A stretch of 64,000 nt of DNA from an uncultured Nitrospina sp. (GTDB taxonomy: Bacteria > Nitrospinota > Nitrospinia > Nitrospinales > VA-1): NCBI GenBank assembly GCA_964344595.1, contig CAYFNV010000003.1, positions 7,014 to 71,013 of the forward strand, written 5' to 3'. Made by a program: the position numbers and the translations under genes. A model generated the notes under the pieces. The model worked only from the letters and a program-made list of their open reading frames with translations. It did no database searches and had not been told where the DNA came from. Of the stretch, positions 58,913 to 64,000 are shown one piece after another; position 1 is the first letter of the stretch, and every line of letters begins with the position of its first letter.

Positions 58913-59209
58913 TCATTCATTAATTAGTTTAATCAGGTCATGCACTTGTCGATGCCTCTCGACACTATGCCTCAGAGGTTTGTTACTGAAAACCTTGTAC
59001 ACATTTCTCCTCCCATCGCGAATATGTTCCAAATACCCGTCGGTTTCAAGCTCAACAATAATACGCTGAACGGCACGTTCTGTGATTCCAACCACCGAAG
59101 CTATATCTCGAATCCGCTCAGATGGACTTTGAGCAAGGATTAACAAGACATGTGCATGATTCGTCAAAAAAGTCCACGATGTGGTAGTTATTTTTTTCGT
59201 GCTCATCAT
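58913..59209 (-). CDS. Winged-helix (MarR/ArsR-like) transcriptional regulator, 98 aa from the ATG at 59209
   Basis: LTNHAHVLLILAQSPSERIRDIASVVGITERAVQRIIVELETDGYLEHIRDGRRNVYKV. Confidence 0.7.
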   Translation of the reverse strand: MMSTKKITTTSWTFLTNHAHVLLILAQSPSERIRDIASVVGITERAVQRIIVELETDGYLEHIRDGRRNVYKVFSNKPLRHSVERHRQVHDLIKLINE

Positions 59210-59559
59210 CAATTCAAATGGGTAAATAAAATAATATGCTTTTATAGTTAATCTTATTCCCAAAAATTGAATATATGAAATATGTTACACGATTTAAATT
59301 TCATAAGTCAATAGATTATTACTGAGTTCTGGAGTGGCTATTTCTAGTGCTTGACGACATCCAAGAAATAAAGGATCCAGGGCCTTAAATAATCAAAATA
59401 AATAAATGATTGGGGTGGCGGTTTCGAAACTCAGACTCTCTTTTTTCAAATTTGAACTTAAAGGTCAAAATGTTCATAAAGGACTATTTTTCAATAATTT
59501 ATATTTATGCAGGATTAATATTTTCCTTTTATTTTATTAATTGATCTTTGAAACTAAAC

Positions 59560-59587
59560 TTGACCAGTGAAAAAACAAACCTATAAT
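59560..59587 (+). promoter_or_regulatory. Near-consensus sigma-70 promoter TTGACC-N16-TATAAT
   Basis: TTGACC lies at 59560-59565 and TATAAT at 59582-59587, ~130 nt upstream of the REC-REC gene. Confidence 0.5.
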
Positions 59588-59720
59588 GTAAATATAATGA
59601 GTATTTAGTCTAACCAGTTTTTAGTATGTATGGATATAGTGATATTTATTGGGGTTGCATTAAAATTTACATAGAAAGGTGATAATAATATGCGGCCATT
59701 ATGTAAATTTACAGAGTTGA

Positions 59721-60674
59721 ATGGCAAAGATCTCGCTATCAACTAAAGCCAAAACAGATAACTGGTTGGAGGTAAGCTTGAGTTATTTAAACAGCGTGAG
59801 CTTGACAGAGAAAACTGTCCTCTTGGTGGACGACAATCCTGTAAATATTGAATTGTTGAGTCAAACAATTCAGAATGAAAAACTCAATATTTTAAAGGCC
59901 AGTAGTGGAGAATCTGCAATTGAGATCGCAAAGCAATATCAACCCGACCTCATAATGCTGGATGTTTGTATGCCTAGGATTGACGGATTTGAAACTTGCC
60001 AGAGACTCAAAGACGACGAAACTACAAGCGACATCCCAGTAATATTTGTTACCGCTAAAACTGATCGGGAAGATATTGAAAGAGGATTTTTAGCAGGAGG
60101 GGAAGAATATATCCTCAAACCTTTCAAAATTGAAGAGGTTTGTAGTCGAATAAGAGCTCAGCTGATTCTGGGTCTGGAAAAAAGGCAAAGCGTTTCGATC
60201 CCCGATAAAGAACCTATAAAAATAAACGGAATGAAGGTCATGATTATCGATGATAATCCTTCAAATATTGATGCTTTAAAACATGCCTTGGAGCCGTTGA
60301 GTTTGGATATTGCCATGGCTCCTGATGGAAAGGTTGCCTTAGATATAATTCCGCGTATTAATCCGGACCTGATTCTTCTTAATATCATGATGCCAATGGT
60401 GAATGGCTTTGAAGTTTGCTACACTCTTAAGGAAGATAATGCGACTAAAGATATACCGGTTATTTTTGTTACTTCAACAAATCAACAAAAAGACATACAA
60501 AAGGGATTCTTATGTGGATGTGTGGATTATTTCTTAAAACCAGTTCATCACATTGAAGTCCAGGCTCGTGTCAAATCACATTTAAAACTAAGAAAACTTT
60601 TTATTGCTAAAAGATATCAGAGTACAGCAACTGGAGTGCGTCAGGCTGGACTTGAAGAAAAAATATTGGGATGA
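59721..60674 (+). CDS. Double receiver-domain protein (REC + pseudo-REC)
   Basis: REC1 has VLLVDDNPVN...DLIMLDVCMPRIDG...VTAK. REC2 has VMIIDDNPSN...DLILLNIMMPMVNG...VTS, with Asn at the phospho-acceptor position. Confidence 0.85.
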   Translation: MAKISLSTKAKTDNWLEVSLSYLNSVSLTEKTVLLVDDNPVNIELLSQTIQNEKLNILKASSGESAIEIAKQYQPDLIMLDVCMPRIDGFETCQRLKDDETTSDIPVIFVTAKTDREDIERGFLAGGEEYILKPFKIEEVCSRIRAQLILGLEKRQSVSIPDKEPIKINGMKVMIIDDNPSNIDALKHALEPLSLDIAMAPDGKVALDIIPRINPDLILLNIMMPMVNGFEVCYTLKEDNATKDIPVIFVTSTNQQKDIQKGFLCGCVDYFLKPVHHIEVQARVKSHLKLRKLFIAKRYQSTATGVRQAGLEEKILG

Positions 60675-60870
60675 TCAACTCGTTTGAAAAAAGTAGAGGA
60701 TGAGGCTGATCAGTTATCTTGTGGAAAATTTGAACTCCTTTCAGAAATTACCCGTGAAATGCGACCTGCACTGCTCAAGATCCGGTAGGTGCTTTGATTG
60801 AAAATATTCCGAAGAAATTAAGGCTGATTTTTAAATACAGCAATGTGGAATAAAGCTCTGAGAAAAAAAT
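60675..60870 (+). pseudogene. Decayed HisKA (H-box) remnant following the REC-REC gene
   Basis: In frame after the TGA the sequence reads STRLKKVEDEADQLSCGKFELLSEITREMRPALLKIR-stop. After a frameshift it reads GALIENIPKKLRLIFKYSNVE. Compare KSEFLANMTHEIRTPMNAVLGYAQIL in the next gene. Confidence 0.4.
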
Positions 60871-60873
60871 GAT

Positions 60874-62751
60874 TTGATCATGCCTGGAAAAGTAACTCCC
60901 AAAGTTCTGATTGTTGATGACACACCTGCTAATCTGGCTGTTCTTGAGAATCTTTTGGCCGGAGAAAATTGTCAATTAATCAAAGCTGAGTCTGGTGAGC
61001 AAGCGTTGTCTCGGATTAAGGATCACGACTTTGCAGTTATCCTGCTTGATATGCAGACGCCATTGAAGGATGGTTTTGAAACTGCAGAATTAATCCGGGG
61101 AATTGAAAAATCAAAGAATGTCCCCATTATTTTTATAACGCCATCCAGTAAAGAACAGACTTATGTTTTTAAAGGTTATGAACTAGGGGTGGTTGATTTT
61201 TTGTATAAACCCCTGGACGAGGTCGTATTGATAAGCAAGGTCAATGCGTTCTTAAAGTTCGATACGCAGAGAAGGGAATTGGAAGAAGAGATTGCACATC
61301 GCAAAGCCGTCGAAAATGAACTTGAAAAAGCTAGAATAGAAGCAAGTGTGGCAAATAAAGCCAAGAGTGAATTTCTGGCAAATATGACTCATGAAATTCG
61401 CACTCCAATGAATGCTGTCTTGGGATATGCTCAGATTTTGCAAGGGAAGAACCTGGCAGGGGATGACAAAACTTCGGTTGACCGCATTCTATCAAGCGGC
61501 AACCATCTTCTTGCTTTGATCAATGATATTCTGGATTTCTCCAAAATGGAGACGGGGAAGACGGGGCAGGTTGTTGAAGATTTTGATTTAACAGAGATGA
61601 TTCGTTTTCTGGTCGGGGTCTTTACTCCCAAATGCAAGTCAAAGGGTTTGATATTTGAAGTGAAAGGTATTCCTAAGGAACATATATGGGTAAAGGGAGA
61701 CGAAACCAAGATTAGGCAAATATTGATCAATCTGCTGCGTAATGCTGCCAAGTTCACTAGTGCAGGAAAAGTTAGTTTGGAAATTACATCTGGAAAACAA
61801 GATCAGTATAAATTTGATGTTGTTGATACCGGAAAAGGAATACCTGTCGAGTCACAGAAATCTATTTTCGAAGTTTTCAAACAGGATAAAGAAGGTCAGG
61901 CAAAAGGAGGAACCGGATTGGGTTTGGCGATTTCTAAAAAGCAGGTGGAAATCATGGGAGGACAGCTCGAGTTGATTTCGGAACTTGGAAAGGGTTCCAG
62001 GTTTTCTTTGATATTGACGCTTGCAAAAGGATCAGGCACTAAACCTTTTCAGGAAGTAATGAAGCCTGACCAAGATGTGGTCCGTTTAGCTCCTGGATTC
62101 GAAGTCAAAGCTTTAGTTGTTGATGATGTGGCGCACAATAGAGACGTGCTAGCTAAAGCTCTTTCTGAAGCAGGAATAATTGTTATATCTGCTGAAAATG
62201 GGAAAGAAGCTGTTGACATGGTTCGGAAATTTGTACCTGACATTGTTTTTATGGATAATCATATGCCTTTGATGAATGGTTTGGAGGCAACAAGTGTTAT
62301 TAGAAAAGAGTTCCCCTGCGATAAAATTAAAATAGTGGCTATCACGGCTTCCGTCTCGAAGAAGGAGTCTAGACTTAATTCAAATACACAGGTCGATGCT
62401 TTAGTTGGCAAACCTTTTCGGGTTGAAGAAATTTTTGAATGTATAAAAAGACTGCTTAATGTTGAATTCGAATATAAAGATAGTACTCACCCAGATGAAC
62501 CCAACAGTCCTGAAATTGATTTATCGAAAGTCAATATTCCTGAAAAAATTATTGAGCCTTTGAAAAATGCGGCGGAATTATACATGATTAGTGCATTTGA
62601 AAAAGCCCTCAAAGAGTTGGAGAATGAAAGCAGCGACGGAAGGGCCTTGGCAAATTATATCAAGCCCATGTTTGTCAAATATGATTTGAAAGGTGTTTAT
62701 GAGATTTTGCAGAAAGTTGGTAATGGTGAAAGCGATTCCAATCAGATATGA
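60874..62751 (+). CDS. Hybrid sensor histidine kinase (REC-HisKA-HATPase_c-REC plus ~110-aa helical C-terminus)
   Basis: VLIVDDTPANL..LLDMQTPLKDG. H-box FLANMTHEIRTPMN, NLLRNAAKFT, DTGKGIP, GGTGLGLAISK. Second REC ALVVDDVAHN..VFMDNHMPLMNG. The likely start is ATG 60880. Confidence 0.9.
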   Translation: MIMPGKVTPKVLIVDDTPANLAVLENLLAGENCQLIKAESGEQALSRIKDHDFAVILLDMQTPLKDGFETAELIRGIEKSKNVPIIFITPSSKEQTYVFKGYELGVVDFLYKPLDEVVLISKVNAFLKFDTQRRELEEEIAHRKAVENELEKARIEASVANKAKSEFLANMTHEIRTPMNAVLGYAQILQGKNLAGDDKTSVDRILSSGNHLLALINDILDFSKMETGKTGQVVEDFDLTEMIRFLVGVFTPKCKSKGLIFEVKGIPKEHIWVKGDETKIRQILINLLRNAAKFTSAGKVSLEITSGKQDQYKFDVVDTGKGIPVESQKSIFEVFKQDKEGQAKGGTGLGLAISKKQVEIMGGQLELISELGKGSRFSLILTLAKGSGTKPFQEVMKPDQDVVRLAPGFEVKALVVDDVAHNRDVLAKALSEAGIIVISAENGKEAVDMVRKFVPDIVFMDNHMPLMNGLEATSVIRKEFPCDKIKIVAITASVSKKESRLNSNTQVDALVGKPFRVEEIFECIKRLLNVEFEYKDSTHPDEPNSPEIDLSKVNIPEKIIEPLKNAAELYMISAFEKALKELENESSDGRALANYIKPMFVKYDLKGVYEILQKVGNGESDSNQI

Positions 62752-62950
62752 ATAATATCTTATAAACTGTTGAAATGTTTTGTGTGGTTTTTATTGTTCA
62801 ATAGAATCTTTGTTGGTTAATTAACTTAACCATAGAAAATTATTGAGTATTAAATTACTTGGGTTTAATTGGCAAATTCTTTCAGAAGTTTTTTGGTTTG
62901 ATCTTTGCGGGATATAATCATTCCCGACAAAGGGTAAACAAAAGTTTTAA

Positions 62951-62983
62951 AGGGCTATGCAAATAAAGCATTGCCCTTTTTTT
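62951..62983 (+). terminator. Rho-independent terminator
   Basis: AGGGCTATGC-AAATAAA-GCATTGCCCT followed by T7. Confidence 0.6.
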
Positions 62984-63149
62984 AGTTTGAAGAGAAAAAT
63001 TTGGTAAAATAAAAGTTCCAGTTTTACAGCCCCATGTTGAAATGACAGCAGAACATTTCTATAGAATTATTTAATGTTATTTTGAAAAAATGTTTCAAAA
63101 CAGTATATTTTGAAAGGAATGTTTCCTTCGCAATAGCGGCTTGTACGTT

Positions 63150-64000
63150 ATGGTGACAATTAAATCTGTGTTCTCCTCAAATAGAGTCTTTATTCTATTA
63201 ACATATTTAAGCAGGTACTGGTTGATCGCAACCATGATGGCGTGGAGTGTATTGCCAGCATGGGCTGGAGATGAGCGCCCGAAGTTCGATTCCTCACGAT
63301 ATAAGGAGAACTTCCGATTTCTTCGCGATCCCGGTAAGAGAACAGATTATTTCGATTCCTTAAAATACATTCCTCTCAATGAGTCTGAATCAGTTTATTT
63401 GACTCTGGGAGGAGAGACCCGACAGCATTTCGAATTCATTGATAACAACAATTGGGGAAAGGGTGCCCAGGATAGTAATGGATATTACATCCAGCGATAT
63501 CTTGCACACGCAGACCTTCACTTTGGAGAGCGTATCCGGGTATTCGGCCAGTTGATGAGCGGTATTATAACTGGGCGTAATGGAGGTCCTCGTGGAGTGG
63601 ATAAGGACTCCCTCGACTGGAATCAGGGGTTTGTTGACTTGAAGTTGTGGAAGAACCCCGGGCAAGAGTTAATATTACGTGCTGGACGTCAGGAACTTAT
63701 CTTTGGCAGCAGACGTTTCATCAACTATCGAGAGAGACCCAACTTACGCCTAAGTTTTGATGCGTTGAAGGGAATATTAAAAACGAAAAAATGGGATGTG
63801 ACGGCCTTTGGTGCGCGTCCTGTAAATATTGGTCAAGATGTCTTTGACAATGAGTCCAAAAGCACAAAGAGTATTTGGGGTGTGTATGGGGTACGGAAAA
63901 AGTTTCCAGTGAGTTTTTCCTTCAATACTGATCTCTATTATCTGGGATTGCATGACCGCGATGCGGTTTATGATCAGGGGCAAGGCGAGGAAACACGCCA
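63150..64000 (+). CDS. Alginate-export (AlgE-like) family outer-membrane beta-barrel protein, 3' end outside the window
   Basis: Hand-translated, because the ORF has no stop in the window and is not in the track. Signal peptide ...WLIATMMAWSVLPAWA-GD, then YLTLGGETRQHFEF..NNNWG..YYIQRYLAHADLHFGERIRVFGQL..DWNQGFVDLKLW. Confidence 0.7.
   Translation, partial: MVTIKSVFSSNRVFILLTYLSRYWLIATMMAWSVLPAWAGDERPKFDSSRYKENFRFLRDPGKRTDYFDSLKYIPLNESESVYLTLGGETRQHFEFIDNNNWGKGAQDSNGYYIQRYLAHADLHFGERIRVFGQLMSGIITGRNGGPRGVDKDSLDWNQGFVDLKLWKNPGQELILRAGRQELIFGSRRFINYRERPNLRLSFDALKGILKTKKWDVTAFGARPVNIGQDVFDNESKSTKSIWGVYGVRKKFPVSFSFNTDLYYLGLHDRDAVYDQGQGEETR

Overview
This is a 64-kb chromosomal window from a flagellated, diderm bacterium with fairly low GC. 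I cannot assign a taxon from sequence alone. Gene content in order:

- **1-6.7 kb:** an LRR protein tail, a secreted protein, then a tight array of 7 genes (8 domains) of signal-peptide-less DUF1566/Lcl-C lectin-like paralogs with an embedded monothiol glutaredoxin-like gene, then a SEC-C protein.
- **6.8-25.2 kb:** housekeeping genes: parvulin, serA, serC, a dGTPase-like gene, a frameshifted GT-C glycosyltransferase, LOG, Nfu, a macro domain protein, dut, a DUF4340/GldG-like/ABC-2/ABC-ATPase cluster and a Gfo/Idh/MocA oxidoreductase. An ~800-bp gene-free stretch at 18.2-19.0 kb carries a promoter-like and a terminator-like signal on the minus strand.
- **25.4-32.6 kb:** a flagellin locus with five short flagellins, one flagellin-like gene lacking both D0 termini, two flaG genes, three sigma-28-type promoters and long leaders with GGA-loop hairpins.
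- **32.6-41.4 kb:** a cytidylyltransferase, ldcA, hisF, hisA, rmlC, an SDR, a SirB1-like protein and a 1-Cys peroxiredoxin.
- **41.5-47.1 kb:** tRNA-Lys(CUU) followed by two further copies of its 3' 45 nt. These delimit two integrase-less islets, one with a NarL-type two-component pair plus a secreted protein, the other with a kinase fragment plus higBA.
- **47.3-59.3 kb:** a truncated GGDEF gene, then what I consider the most interesting locus. A DabA (DUF2309) gene sits co-directionally upstream of a complete Mbh/Mrp-type membrane module (E, F, G, MbhD-like, MnhB, C, D) plus NuoL-like and NuoM-like subunits, with a winged-helix regulator upstream.
- **59.7-64.0 kb:** a REC-REC protein, a HisKA remnant, a hybrid histidine kinase, and a 3'-open alginate-export-type porin gene that is absent from the ORF track.

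No CRISPR array, rRNA, transposase, integrase or reverse transcriptase was seen. All family assignments come from motif recognition by eye, not from searches.
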